NCBI GenBank assembly: GCA_032718475.1
Contig: JAUCBJ010001884.1
Location: 1 to 64,000, forward strand
Direction of reading: 5' to 3'
Source of the DNA: Nemertoderma westbladi
Lineage: Eukaryota; Animalia; Xenacoelomorpha
Length of the DNA: 64,000 bases
The stretch's first letter is position 1; every line of letters begins with the position of its first letter. The position numbers were made by a program, and so were the translations under genes. The notes beneath the pieces are model-generated. The model was not told the origin of the DNA. It saw nothing but the letters and a program-made list of their open reading frames with translations, and did no database searches. Shown piece after piece: positions 25,069 through 38,476 of this stretch.

Positions 25069-28000
25069 TGTTCGCGCTTTCAGACCTTTGGCAGTTTAAC
25101 CCGCCAAATTAGGATGTCTTCTAGATAATAATTCGCTTTTAGCCTATGACAAGTATTTGATTCACTACACTAGTCGAAACCAATCTGTGCGCGATCATTC
25201 ACCCGCTGGATATACCCGGGAGATTGGGTTCGACGGCTTAATCGTATTGCTATGTAGGCCTAATGTATTATTCGACTGAAAGTATTATATAATCTCTGAC
25301 AATATTATTCACCTTCGGGAAATATTAACAGTTCCTTTAGGACGTGGCGCTCTACCTATATAAACAGAGTTATGACTTAAACTACTCACAACGATATGGC
25401 TTAGTTATAATTCACATATATGGCGCATTCTTTAGGAAATGCTTCGTTATCAGTCTCACTCATACACAATGCTGCACAATACTGCACACTGATCTGCCGA
25501 TCTTCACTGATTTTAGTCACATATAAAAGGAACACGGACAGAATCATGTAGGGTCTATCAAATAACATTAGATTCACCTCAAACCACTTTAACATAAGTC
25601 ACAATCGTTATATGTAACCTTTCTCTCTTACCTTCGGTATATCAAGAATATTGGGTTTTCGGGTTATTTATCGTTATTCCAAATATAATAATTCATCAAC
25701 CATATTATGAAGAACTGACAGTAAATAGCAGTATAACAATATAAAAGTATGCACAGGTTGTTTGATTAGGTATGGTATGTTATGTTTAGTTATGTTATGT
25801 TGAGTTGAGATAACGGATATATGTCCTTATAATTAAGCCTACTAGTGTAAGACTAAAAACTGAAAACACGGAGGTGCCAAAAGCCGGTTCTTAGGCTCTG
25901 GGCAAAAAAATAACACTGAAGTACTGAGCCTCTGTATACACCTCCAACACAGAGACAACAAACGCTCTGATTGGTTAACCGAACAACGAGAGAACAAAGA
26001 AACAAAGAAACGTCGACGTGGCAATATCAGCTGCTAGCCGTCGTCATGGTAGCGACACTGTTTTCAAGAGTATCCAGCTATTGCGTCACGAGATTGTGGA
26101 TTATGTCCTCTAAAGTACAAATACAGTACAAATACATAAGAAATGACTTTTATGTCCTCTAAAACACCAGTACAGTAAGGACACGGCCTTTTTATGCCTG
26201 GTAAACCAACTACAGAGTACTTTACGGGAAAATAACCGGCTAATTACGCAAAAGCTTTTACACCGCTCCCAGAAAATGGGATTTAAGTCTATAAAATATA
26301 ACAAATCACAGTTTCTAAAATATAAAGATACTCTAAACAGTTAGTCTTTCTTACGCAGACGGCGTTTACGCAGTTTTTTGAGGCTAGCAAGAGTCTTTTT
26401 CTCTTTGGGGGGAGCCACTTTACTAGGAGGGCCATAACTCCTGGGTGAAGGGTGCAATATGATTGCATCAGAAGGTGTAGGATTATGGTCGAGGTATCTG
26501 CCGTTTCGATATGCTTCTCCTCGAGCTGATTTTCCTCCGCTCGTAGCTGGATACGTTCATCCAAAAACTCTCGCATAGAATAGGATCGTCCAAGTTCGAT
26601 AACTTCTTAGAGATTCTGGATTTCCCAATCGAATTGAGATAAGGCCAATTCGTTTATCGATTGGACTTACTGTTATAACTTACGTTTATCTGAACAAACG
26701 CAGGTTTCTTTTTTGATCTTTATAGAATAGCGTTTAACTCGTTTCGTACAACGCTCTCCTTCACCTTGATGAGGGGTTGTATCGCGTTAAACGGGGACGA
26801 CCATACGGTTGGATAGTGATATTAGGTGTCCGCGTCACAATCCGGCTAGGTAAGATGGGCGGCTAGCTAGAAATCACTGTCGGAGTGTTACCGATTAATT
26901 GTTAGGGTAGCACTAGATCTTTGAACAGTGAATACAGTCCGCGAGGATCCGCGACACCACCAGGATCGCAGGTCTGAGGTCCAACTAAGGAATGAGGAGG
27001 TTTGACCGAGTATTCCGGGACTCTGATCGTAGGTTTACTCCAGGATCGTTCGAGCCGAGTGAGCATAGGTGATACGTCAAACAAGTTTCGCTCGAAACTC
27101 CAGTAAATATAACGAGTACAACTGTGTTTAACACAACGTTTCCGTGGATGTTTATGTCTTTCCGTTTATTGGCTGGGTCTAGGGCATTTATCGTAATAAT
27201 ACCAAAGACGCACGTCTGGTAGGGTAAACGCGGGTGATATTTATTTGTTGTTACAATGCTTCTATCAAGAATTCCAAATATACGTTGGAGTTACCGCGTC
27301 CATTTGTTTCTTTAGTGTCTTTTCTTTCGAGTCGATTTCGAATAGAATTTTCGCATTCGAATTTCAGTTTATGGTTCCGACTCCGCTGGGCAGGATATAT
27401 AGTCGACATAGTCCGTATTGTGTAAATCGATAGGATGACCAGTAGTTAAGAAGCCCATATACGTACCATTACGCTGCGTATATCGAGCAGCGAATTTTCT
27501 ATAATCCAACTCACGCGTGAGTTGCTCTTGGGACATTGGCGGTTCGATATAACGACCATCGTCCTCTGCAGCAGTTGGACTAACGTCGCCGCGTATTAAG
27601 TTATCAACAAACGCCTGTAAAAGTAGAGTATATCACTCCCCGATACCAAGACCATCTTCTATCCACTCCGTCATATCTGCTATATATGAGTTTATCCATA
27701 TTATAAGGAGTTTATATTTAGGCTAGCGAGCGTCGCTGCCTACCCCAATCAGCCCCCGGACAGTGCGAGATCCTCAGCACCGATATGTCGTCGCCGCTGT
27801 ACTTTCGCCAACGACGTAGCCGCACAATGACAACGACAACCGGCACAAGTCACTCGACTGTCCGTCCCAAAGGCTTAGATACACCTCAGGTTCTTACTGG
27901 AGAGTTAGGGTTACTTTCACAATTGCGACTCGCTACTGTAAACACACCTTAGTAGTAACATTCGCCTATAAACTCACAAATACCACACACACAACTTGTC

Positions 28001-28360
28001 ACAAATTACACACACTCGGGTCACTTGTCCGTTTGTCAATGCCTTCCAGAATGTCACTGTATTACTATGTATCCTTGGATACTAGCAGTGCGCTATTTAT
28101 TCCCTATGCTATTCAATGGGACAAGCTTTCTATTGTTCTTTTAACTCAATTCTAATTCTAGCGTGGTTGTTGCTATGGTGACATTATGCAAAGCTAGCGG
28201 TAGAATTAGGGTAATTCCAATGCATACAGATCTGGGATGTTATTTAATAGTAATTCTTTAATGGTCAATGTCCTGTTTTATACATGACTTTATGAATTTT
28301 ATCGGCTATTGACTATGTTTGGGAGACTTTCGCACACTCATACGCATAATAAGATAAATC
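25069..28360 (-). mobile_element. Putative long 3' LTR / non-coding tail of the minus-strand BEL/Pao element
   Basis: A PPT-like AAGGGAGCGGAGA on the minus strand (~28359-28371) resembles the GGAGCGG PPT of the other BEL element; TAAATA box near 28095; the minus strand ends ...CGAACA at ~25069. No partner LTR in the window, so the limits are unconfirmed. Confidence 0.35.
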
Positions 28361-28622
28361 TCCGCTCCCTTGATCTATTAATTAATGGAATTTTGGGAAT
28401 GTTATAAATTGCGTAAAAATGGCAATTTATTAAATTCATTAAAAGGCATGAATTTAAATTTATTCCCTGAAATTTTATTATTTGATAATTAAATTGACAT
28501 ATTTTGATTCTAGAACATGTCTGGGGACACAAGATCCTTAATTCTATGAAAATTGTCTTTTTAAGAATATCGGTAAATGCTACGATATCTTAATTGACTA
28601 GAATTGTTGAAGGATCTGAATT

Positions 28623-31600
28623 TTACAGATTTTGATTTATTAGATTTGCAAATATTAAATAATTAATATTTGAGATGGGCACCGATTTATTCCAGAACTC
28701 GTCTCCCTCACTAGTATCATCTTCCCATTCACTCACCTGGCGGACGCGATCTTGAAGCAGTCTTTCTCTGAGCGTTCTTCGGGAAGGTCCAGTAAGGTAC
28801 CAACCTACTCTAGTTCTTACCGCATAGGTCTGAAGTGGTTGCGGTTGAGCAGGTCGTTTCTCCAATGTCTCCAGCGCCTCATGCGCGTTTTGACCGATTA
28901 ATATTTGTACTCCAGGATAATCGGTGTCGAATCTAGGGATGTTAAGTTGTTGGACATGATCATCTTCGTCCCAATTATAAGGTTCCACTTGGGTGGTAGC
29001 GAAGTTCTTTATTGCCACCATTTTTACTGACCTTATACTGTATTCTCCTAGTTTATCCTGTGGAGTGGACAACTCACCTATATAATAGTCGGCAGCTACA
29101 GTAGAATTCCAAACCTGCATGATCCCTGACATGTTTAGCTTGGTTCGGAACTTGGGTTGTCCAGCAAAGATGACTTCGGCTAGTTCTTTATCGATGAATG
29201 TTCCTGTGCTACCGGAGTCCAGGAGGGCGTTCACTATATAGCTCTTCTGAGGTCCGTGGACCCGTAACTGGACTACAGGAAATTCTCGGATTCCTATATT
29301 GGAAGTTGGCGTTTTCCAAGATGGTTGTTGATCAGAAGTTGTTAAGGTAAGGTCGCTGTCTGTGTCTTTCTCATGCACGAGTGCTCGATACACTGCGGTG
29401 GTGTTTATTAGGTAACAGGATTCGTTTTGGTCGGAGAACTCGTCCGTATAGAATCCTTCCATCTCAGATTGATCAGTGTCGTTCACATCACTGAATTGGA
29501 CATGTAGTTCGGACTCACTTACCTGACTCGGGCTGTTTCGTTCGAATTCCGTGTGCAACAAGATATGATGTTTTGCGCCGCAATTTGCACACCTTGCGTC
29601 GGAGTAACAGGTTCGCCGTTGGTGTCCTCGTCTGAGGCAATTATAACACAACCGCTTATCCCACATGACTTCACGTCTATCCTTTAGTGATTTCCTCAGG
29701 AATTTATCACACGCATTTAAACGGTGGGGCCCGTCGCACAGCACACATTTCGGCTTGATGTTACTTACTTTAACCTGTGCTATGTGGTGCACACTTGTTC
29801 TTTCCTCGGGCTTTCTCACCTGAATTCTTTTAGGAGACGTAGGAGGGGTTTTTTGTACCTGTTCTCTCCTGTCATTGGTTCGAGACTTGAATTTACTTAC
29901 CTGGTCTTTAGGCGTTTTATTGACATAAGATCTTTCAGTGTCTTTCCCGCTATCCTCTCCTTGAGAAGTCTGGCTTTCGCCGTCGTCTGTATAACACACT
30001 GGTGTTACCCTTCTCCTAGAAACGGGTTTCTCACTTACCTGGTTTTCCAGTGTCTTCTCTCTGGACTGTCTTAGGAGCTGTAATTTCACTTCGCCATCCA
30101 AGAATGTCACGAGATCAGCCATGGTAGGGTCTCGTCGTTGTTGTTCCATCATATATAACACTTTCTTATCCCAGCGTGTACCTACTCCACCCTTCGGTAA
30201 AGTAGAAGCCACTGCTCTAATAACCATAGCACTCTGATACTCATGAGACTTACCTAGCCAATCTAATTGTCTGCAGATCTCCTGAATCTCATCGGAAAAC
30301 TCTATAATCCCGCTGCTCATAAACTTTCGGGGCGCTACTAACTTTGCATACAAATACCCAGCTATGTTATTCCTATTACCATACCCGATGTTTAGTGTGT
30401 CCCAAACTTGTCTTAATCCATCTGGATGTCCAATAAACTTTAACGCCATTGACTTGGGAGGTCCTTCCAAGCACTCGATGAGAAATCTAAGTTTCTCTCC
30501 GTTGGATAGTACAGAGTTCTGTATGTTATCTTTGTAATATTCATTAAAAGGTAACCATTTCATCTCATCTCCATTGAACTTGACGATCTCTCCCACCTTT
30601 ACCGCTTGCCGGGCTTCGGTTCTAGCCATTTGACGCGTAAAACTTTCTTGGGCCATCGTGTTATTTAATATCGAGTTATCGGTATATAAATTTCTCGGAT
30701 TATGATCAGTTCTATAGGGAATGTCATTATCAACAGGTCTATGATTACTCTTAATAGGGTTCATTATAGGAGTTTCTACTTCACTAGCAGTATATATGCG
30801 TGTAGGCTCCACACCTTGCGCAGGAGATACTTCAGACCTAACGGGTTGACACATTGTTACAGGGGGTGGTGGTATACACTTTTGTAAGTTTACTAATTTA
30901 TCGCGCTCTAGCGCGATACTTTGCTGCACTTCTTGCAACTCTAGTCTACTTTCCCTTACTGTGCCCTTGAATTGCTGAACAGTCTCCTGCATCTGCCCGA
31001 GCAGGAGATCCATCCCCCGCCGTCTCTCGTCCACCCATTCGACCGCCGAAGCGGGAGTCGCCAACGTTGTAGCGGGCGGACGAGGGACAACGGGCGACAA
31101 ATTATGAATATTTCGCTCGGGGTCCAGGACTTGAACTGTCTCCTGGGCAGTTCTACGGGGCACAGGTAGCTTAGTGCTATGCAGAGGGAATTTAGAGGTA
31201 GCTTCAGGGAGCACAGGTGTGTCTATCACCGAAGGGGTGATTTCAATAACAGGCCTAATTATTTCAGGCTCATCTACTATAGTAGGGAGTCTTTCTATTT
31301 TAATTATTTGGTCTGTGGGCTCTGTACTACCTAAGTTGGTGTTATTTAGTTGCCTTCTAACAGCTGGAGGCAAATCAGGCAATTTCTGACGGTGGAATGT
31401 TCTTTTACGTCTGCTTAGACGAGATCTATTTCCTTTGCCTTCTCTATCGGTGGTATCGCCTTCCTCAGATGATGTATATCCCTGTCTTTTGGGAGTAGAT
31501 CGATTCATCATCTGCATATTACTAGCTGTTAACTGTTTATTTATGCAGTCTTGATTCTCCTGAATGTTTTCCAATTCTAATTGGGTGGTTTCTTCAGCCG

Positions 31601-32822
31601 CTCTCCGTTCTGCTTCTGCCACTGCCTCCGCCGCTTTTCTTTCCGCTTCGGCCGCTGCCTTTGCTGCTGCTACTGCTGCTTTTGCCTCTGCCGCTGCCAC
31701 TGCCGCTGCCGCTTTTGTTTCTGCTTCTGCAGCTGCCACTGCTGCTGCTACTGCCGCTGCCTTTCGGTCTTCTATACGTTTTTTCTTTACTTGTTCTTCT
31801 TGGACTCGTGTCAGGCGGAGTTGTTCATCAAATTTAGCCTGATTCGCAGCCCTCATTTCCACATCGATGGCATCCAACACAAGCTTGGTTCCTTCACTAT
31901 TAGGGCTAAGTCCCTCTAACCTTCTCCTCAACTCGTCATCACCTAAAAAACGTTGATAGTCTGACAGATAGATGTCAATGGCATCCCTCTTATGCGGCTT
32001 CTCTGCCGTCGCTTCACTTTCCACTTGGGAAAAAGTAGCGTCTGTTGATTCTCCATGGGTTGAGCGCTCCTCCAGCTGAGCTTTCCACTGAGCTGTTCCT
32101 TGAACCTGGAGACTCACCCGTTGAAACCAAGTCTTTACGGCAACTTGCAACGACGTGTCTTGCCTTCGTTTAGAAGCCTCCTCAAAGGCCGATAATATTA
32201 GCCTGATTCGTAGAATTCTTTCTCTAACTTGATAAAGCAGCAATCCCTGCTCTTGAGGTCCTTGAGGTTGTTGAAACAGTTGTTCTTTTAATCGCTCTAT
32301 AGAGCTGAAGAATCCCTGTGCGTATCCGGCTGCGGACCTCTTCCACACAGCTGGATCGATGGTTTCCTTGGCTACTCCCATCCGGTGTATGTCTTCCCAG
32401 GCAGCTTATGATAAATCAAACGGGTGTTCTTCCACAGCGATCAATAACCTAGTGAGTACGGCTGCAGGAAGGATGAGAAGGGGATCCGAATAAACCGCAT
32501 CCATCATCTTTGCTCCGCGTTCTGGCGTCAGTTCTACAGTATCCTCACTACTGGGGCTGTTGGGCCGTTGAGAAGTAAGTTCTTGGCTCGCGGGTTGTTG
32601 CTGTTCCGCTGCTTCTTGGTCCCGCTTGACCTGAGCTCGAGTGCCTATGATAGACCTACGATGTTGAACCAGCCTAGGTTCTTTTATTACTACTGGAGGG
32701 ATGACCTTCCTCACAGTGGGAGGTGAACTGAACTTACGACTAGACGGTTCTACGCCTCTATCTGAGTCGCAGATAGTTACATCTAATAAACTGTCTGACA
32801 GGTTCTGCTTAGTATCAGACAT
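28623..32822 (-). pseudogene. BEL/Pao retrotransposon gag-protease ORF with one in-frame TAA at 32406-32408; RT/RNaseH/integrase absent
   Basis: The two listed ORFs are in the same frame. Gag core FNGDEMKWLPF..KLRFLIECLEG; three Cys/His knuckles CVLCDGPHRLNAC, CYNCLRRGHQRRTC, CANCGAKHHILLH; protease ALLDSGS..ILIG..RTRVGWYLTG. Confidence 0.88.
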
Positions 32823-34015
32823 GTTTATGTGTACAGTTGAATGTCTACTGCTGTATTACAGTCTGAGCAAGTCTAGTAACTCAGTATTAACTGATAGCCT
32901 AGTAATTAATTACCGGTACTGCTACTCAGTGTAGCGTGATATATATAATATATTAGAATACCGGTATGCTTATAGTATATATAACTATTATAAGTTTTAT
33001 TACAGACTAGGTTTATCACGGAATACCGGTATAATTTTAGCACAAATATATATAAATATATAATAGGCCTATCAGGAATACCGGTATACAGCTTACAGTT
33101 TGTAGTATATATAATTCTGGAATAGAATTAATTACAAGTACCGGTATAATTTCAGCCTAGATTTATAGAAATAAAGATAATAGGCCTATCGTAAATACCG
33201 GTATATCAATTATTTTAAATAATTAAATTACTGAATTTTAGGGTTACTTTGTTACTTTACTTACTTTATTACCGTTATTTGAGCAGTAATCCAACTGATA
33301 TTGAGACCTAATGGTTGTATGGTAGGCCTACGATTTATAAATCGTTAGATTTGATTTATAATATATATATACCCGTTTTAATGGGTTTTGTCAATGTTTG
33401 AAATAAATGTTATTATTTCTGGGGAGTCACTACACATAAGCAGTGCGCTCTCAGTGAAGTGTTACTTATAGGACACTAAAACAAATAATGCTAATTTACC
33501 TAAGTTACTTAATACTACAAATTACGTACAATTCGGGTGAGATTACAATCTCTAAATAAACACAAAAATTTACAAAAACACAAATACGAAATTTTAGGGT
33601 AATTTTACAAGAAGTCTACAAACCAGCCTAACAAAGGGTTAGAAATCTGGTTATTACAACGGACAGGGTACTACGGTATTTGAAAATAATAAGTAGTAGT
33701 AAATACACTGCGTTGTCCAGATAGGAAAATACCACCGCCTGACGACCTATAGCCGTATCGATATAGGTACTACGTTATGTATCACGGAGTGTCCCTACCT
33801 AGAAGTTAATAGAGCTAATCGAACGTGCCTATCAACCACTTTACAACACAAATATAATGCCTACACTAATTACTTTCGGAAAGCACTGTACACTAAACCC
33901 TAAATTAGGTACGAGTACTTGTACAACATATAATCAGTAGTTAAATATACTTGAACAGTTAAAAGAACCACGGCATCTGCTGGAGTGACCGGTGCACAAA
34001 ATCACCAGTCTTTAC

Positions 34016-35115
34016 CTACGCCAAGCATTGCTGAGAACTTTCAAAGTTAACTGTCAAAATTTTGGTCTTTCTGGAGTTAATAAAAAGACCAGCACTAGAA
34101 GCAGCATGTTCTAATGAGCTGAGGAGCCGTTGGGCTCCCTCTAGTGATTCTGAGAGTACTCCTAAGTCATCAGCAAAGTCTAGATCAGTTAGGTACTTGG
34201 CAGGATTTCCTCGACTTCTGGAGCCAGTAGGTGGAGTTATCATCACCCCATCATCATTATGATGATCTAAGGACATGCGTAGAACATAGTCAACCACAAT
34301 AATGAACAAGAATGGTGCAAGTGTGTCTCCTTGGAGGACGCCCCATAACACTTCAAATGGTTCTGTGTCACCGTCAACAGTAGACACAAATGTTGTCGAA
34401 CCATCGTATACTGATCTGATTGCTGCAATAATTTCATCAGGAATCCCATATAATGAAAGTATGCTGAACATACGTGAGCGAGAGACTGAATCAAAGGCCT
34501 TGAAGAAGTCAACAAAGATAACAGCCAGATGCCTGTCTTTCTTTTTTGATAACTCTTCAATTATCCTTCTAACTGACTAAGTGCCAAAATGGGCTCCATG
34601 GTCCCACAACCTTTACGGAACCCATTCTGATTTCCATGGAGCAGTCTCTCAATGGGATCCCTGATGCGATTTAATAGAATCCTATTGTATAGCTTTGCAG
34701 CAATCGAGATCAATGAGATTCCCCGAAAAGAACCATAGAGTGTTAGGTTGCCCTTCTTGGGAACTGGCACCAACTTATTTGTTTTCATTTCTTGTGGGAC
34801 TCTTGTTGTTCGGTACATGTCTACTATGACAGTATGATGGGATAGATGAGCTTTAAACACTCAGGTATTTTAAAGACCTCAGGGGGAACACCATCTACTC
34901 CACTGGCACGATTGGTCTTAATGCTCTTTGCAGCAGCCTTCAGGCCTTCACTTCTGCAAAGGAGATATCGCCAATGGGAATATCTGGGAGTACAGACTCA
35001 GACACTTTTACTTCTATAAAGTTATCAGGCAATACCCTGTCATTATTGAGGAGCTTTTCAAAGTGGGCTTTCCAACCATTGAGGCGATCGGCTGGTGATT
35101 CAGCCTTAACCTTGG
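34016..35115 (-). mobile_element. Internal RT fragment of an RTE-like LINE, frameshifted
   Basis: PVPKKGNL..FRGISLISIAAKLYNRILLNRI, NQNGFR, FVDF.KAFDS, GVLQGDTLAPFLF and DLDFADD motifs. Confidence 0.9.
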
Positions 35116-35743
35116 TACTTAAATGCTTATTATACCCAAACGATGAAGGAAGATGGTAAGGTAGGTGGGAAGGTGGGAATCAAACGATGTTTTTACCTTC
35201 CAATTGAAGGAAAAGAGCAGGTTACAGCGGCGGCAATTTCTAACCAAAACAATAAACGATGTTGTTGAAAATTTTCACCCACCGCCGAAAAATACAAGTT
35301 TCAGAATTCTTATGCAATTTTTACATATTCCATTGAATTCAGAACCCTCACAAATCCGTATAACGCAAGAAACCCAATACTGCCATATATTTCCGAAAAA
35401 TACAAGTTTGAGATGTATATACTATATATAGTTGTTAGAAAAATATTCATTCCGTCAAATTCAGAGCCCCTTTAAACCTCTAAAATGTAAGATAGAACTA
35501 TGAGTTGTCACAATCAATTGAACTATTGAATGAATTTTCAAAATTTCTTGCTGGCACCAAATTTTGCACACGGCACCGAAAAATACAACGTTGATGATAT
35601 GCCTGGTGATGAATTATTTCACTATAAGATAGCATTTGTAGTTTAACTTTAACGTAAAAACTTTCGAAAATCCGACGCATTTTGATTAAGTTACAGTAAT
35701 GTAATATGCCTATTCATATTTGTATACATAAAACCCCTAGTTA

Positions 35744-35822
35744 CTCTCGTGGCGTAGTGGTCAGATGGTTAAGGCGTTGGTTACATTACAGATAGGTTAC
35801 GAGTTCGAATCCCGGTCGGGAA
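35744..35822 (+). other. tRNA-like Pol III promoter module (SINE head) inside the LTR U3; second copy at ~57956-58034
   Basis: A box GTGGCGTAGTGGT[cagatggt]TAAGGCG and B box GAGTTCGAATCCC; not a complete tRNA. Confidence 0.65.
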
Positions 35823-35864
35823 ATTTGTATTTTGGGGCCATTTATTTTCATTTGGTACAGATTG

Positions 35865-36010
35865 GTAAGCCAATGAGGTGCGTACAACGTATCGAACGAT
35901 GAGTTGGGCCAATCATAGGGCATGGAATATCTTATTGCTCCAATGTGAGGCCATCGAATACTCTCGAAGGTTCTAGTGGATTCTATGTCCCAGATTTAGT
36001 ATATAAAGGG
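35865..36010 (+). promoter_or_regulatory. LTR Pol II promoter: three CCAAT boxes and a TATATAAA box
   Basis: CCAAT near 35870, 35909 and 35940; TATATAAA at 36000-36007. Confidence 0.6.
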
Positions 36011-38476
36011 CTGGTTTGCCTTCGGTTATCACACACATTTGTACTTCACTACTTCTTACTTACTCTTGTAAACTTGCTGCACTAGTTGCACTAATCATTT
36101 CGTTATACTTTGTTGGTTTCTTGTTGAAACTATTGTAATTCTGTTTGATAAATCTTTTGCTAAACTGTAAATACACTGCAAACTTCTGAACATGTTTTCT
36201 TTTGGTCCAACCTTGGGACAGCCAAACATCGGGAAGATGGCAGCCTAGACCGTTAGGCCGTCAGCAACGCAGGGGAAAGATGTCCACAACACGCTAGCGC
36301 CCACATTGGATTTGACCGCGCACCCCCTTCGCCCTTCGAAATACTCCACTTGCCATGCAGCGCCCGCTTTATGAGGAAGGTAAGACTTTGTTCGACGCCC
36401 TTGCCCGCCGTAAGACCTATAGATCAGGGTAAGCGTGACGCCGTCCTGGACGCCGCAAAATTTAGGATCAAATAATTATATTTAGGCAGAAACCCCCTTT
36501 GTCAGTCCTGCGAACCCCTGGGTTAACCTGTATTTCTCACAGGTGCGAACTATTGCCATTCGTCAGTACGCGAGTACATAGGTACGGACAGCATATGTTC
36601 CATAATTTAGTGATTCGTAGTATTGACTGTTTGGTACCGGTTCGCTTTGTAGAACATACATTAGTACCCCACCCCCCCTGCCTGAAGTTAGTTATTTGAT
36701 CAGGCAAGGAGTATTTCTGCTACCGGCACACCGCTTGGCCTAGGGAGGTTTTATTAATATCCTACCGCGCCTTGCCACGTACTGATAGGTATTGCTGCTA
36801 ACTACCGCGGCAACAAAGTTCTAAAATCAAATTTGTATACCAGATCAGCTAACGTCGGTAGCGATTAACCCCTATTTCTTATCTTACAACCAGAATCTGG
36901 TATTAGTGCCGATCACGGGTGTAGTTACTAACACCGTGGTTGCCCATTGAGTTGTGGATAGGAAGGAGAGAGCTTTGACGTCATTTGTAAGTATAAAGTT
37001 CTACAAACGCGACTAGCTTATTTTAGTAGCTAGCGCATGGTATCATTTCGGTCAGAAAATCACTAAAACCTAGTGAAAAGGTATACACCAAAATTGTTTT
37101 ATTTGTAACACACCCACACACACACGCCCTAAAACATATTTACCCTTAGAGTTCTACTAGTTATAGTGTACTATATATTACTTTAGGCAGAATTTATCTG
37201 TATTTGTAAATTAGGATCTGATATTTAGTTACGGCAATAGGGAGTATTTCATTTTCGTTATTAAACTGTTGTTTTCTGCTCAGCAGTATTGTTACATTAG
37301 GCACGACCCTCTTTCGACTGATTTAGGACTGAATCAGTGTTGTTACGCTAGGTCTGTTAACCCACTAGCTCGTATATAAACCATATAAATCACACCGCGG
37401 CAAGTTACGGTATTTAGGACTGTCAGCGATAGTTAGGATTCGCTGCACGGGGATTGTTTTCCCGTGAGTTTGGTCTGTTACTGTAACTGTACATCTGCCT
37501 CACCGGTTAGAGGACAGGTATCCTTTTGTCTAGTTCGTAGGCATTAGACCCGCTCACGTACATAGAATAGACACTAGGCTCTGTTCCTCGCCAGTAGTAG
37601 TTTGTGTATTGTATCTGTTTGTTTAGATATCCTGGACTCGGATTTGTTGTCAGATACTGTACGAGCCCGTATACATTACTAGATCTTACGGTAAGATACA
37701 TCGTTACTAGGATCCGGTAAGCGGTATACTACTGGACCTTACAGTGAGAAATATTTTCTCTTACGAAAGTAGGAAATATATATCCAACCGTGAGGTTTCT
37801 CACATACTGTTAGCTATTGAAAGTAGGAGATATTTAAAAAATTAAGGTTAGTAAATTTAGTAATTTGAAGAACGTCCCCTGCTTCAGTAGGCTTTTAGGG
37901 TAGCTAGTACTTTCGTATTTAATATTTGACTAGCTAATAGTTAGTTTGTAGCATTTTGTTTTACGCCGTGTGTGTGCGGTGTTACTTTTCGGTACTTGAA
38001 AAGGTACATAGGGTTTAAAGACCAAGTTGTATCGGTACCTAGGAAGAATTTCGTAGCGTAGAAGTAAAACTCTCACCTTCGACTTTTCAGGACTCAAGGA
38101 CTCATTTCTGGACCGCTTCGAGGATTAGACCGCTTTTCGCAAAGTTTGGGAGACAATAAATTCGTCCACGCCGCCGAAAAACGGAACAACCCACGTCCGG
38201 TTTGTATTTGGGAATTTGCACGACTGGAAGATCAAAGGAATGTAAGTTTTACGACTCGTGTCGTTCAAACTTAAGAAAGCACAGTAGTACTCAAAATTTG
38301 TGGGTTTCACTGTCTAATTAGTAGTGTTGTTGGTACTTATTTTCCCGTTAGACATTGCTGTTTTGCCTATTATTTGTACTTGTTGATCTACATTTTGGTA
38401 ACGTATACCGTTATCTCATTTATTCGTACAAATTTAGCCGGTAGGCTAGATTATTACATATTTCATTATATACTTT

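Larger units (their letters stand above)
35607..37743 (+). repeat. 5' LTR of the BEL/Pao element (2137 bp)
   Basis: Near-identical to 57819-60465 apart from about a dozen substitutions, several short indels and one ~510-bp insert. Confidence 0.93.

Noticed and set aside
35744-35822. Functional tRNA gene, or self-encoded tRNA primer
   Set aside because: No proper acceptor or anticodon stems, an 8-bp insertion in the D arm, and its 3' end is not complementary to the sequence after the LTR.
36185-36215. Canonical BEL LTR end and PBS at ..gaaca tgttttcttttggtcc
   Set aside because: LTR identity continues 1.5 kb further and the TSD fixes the end at 37743/60465.
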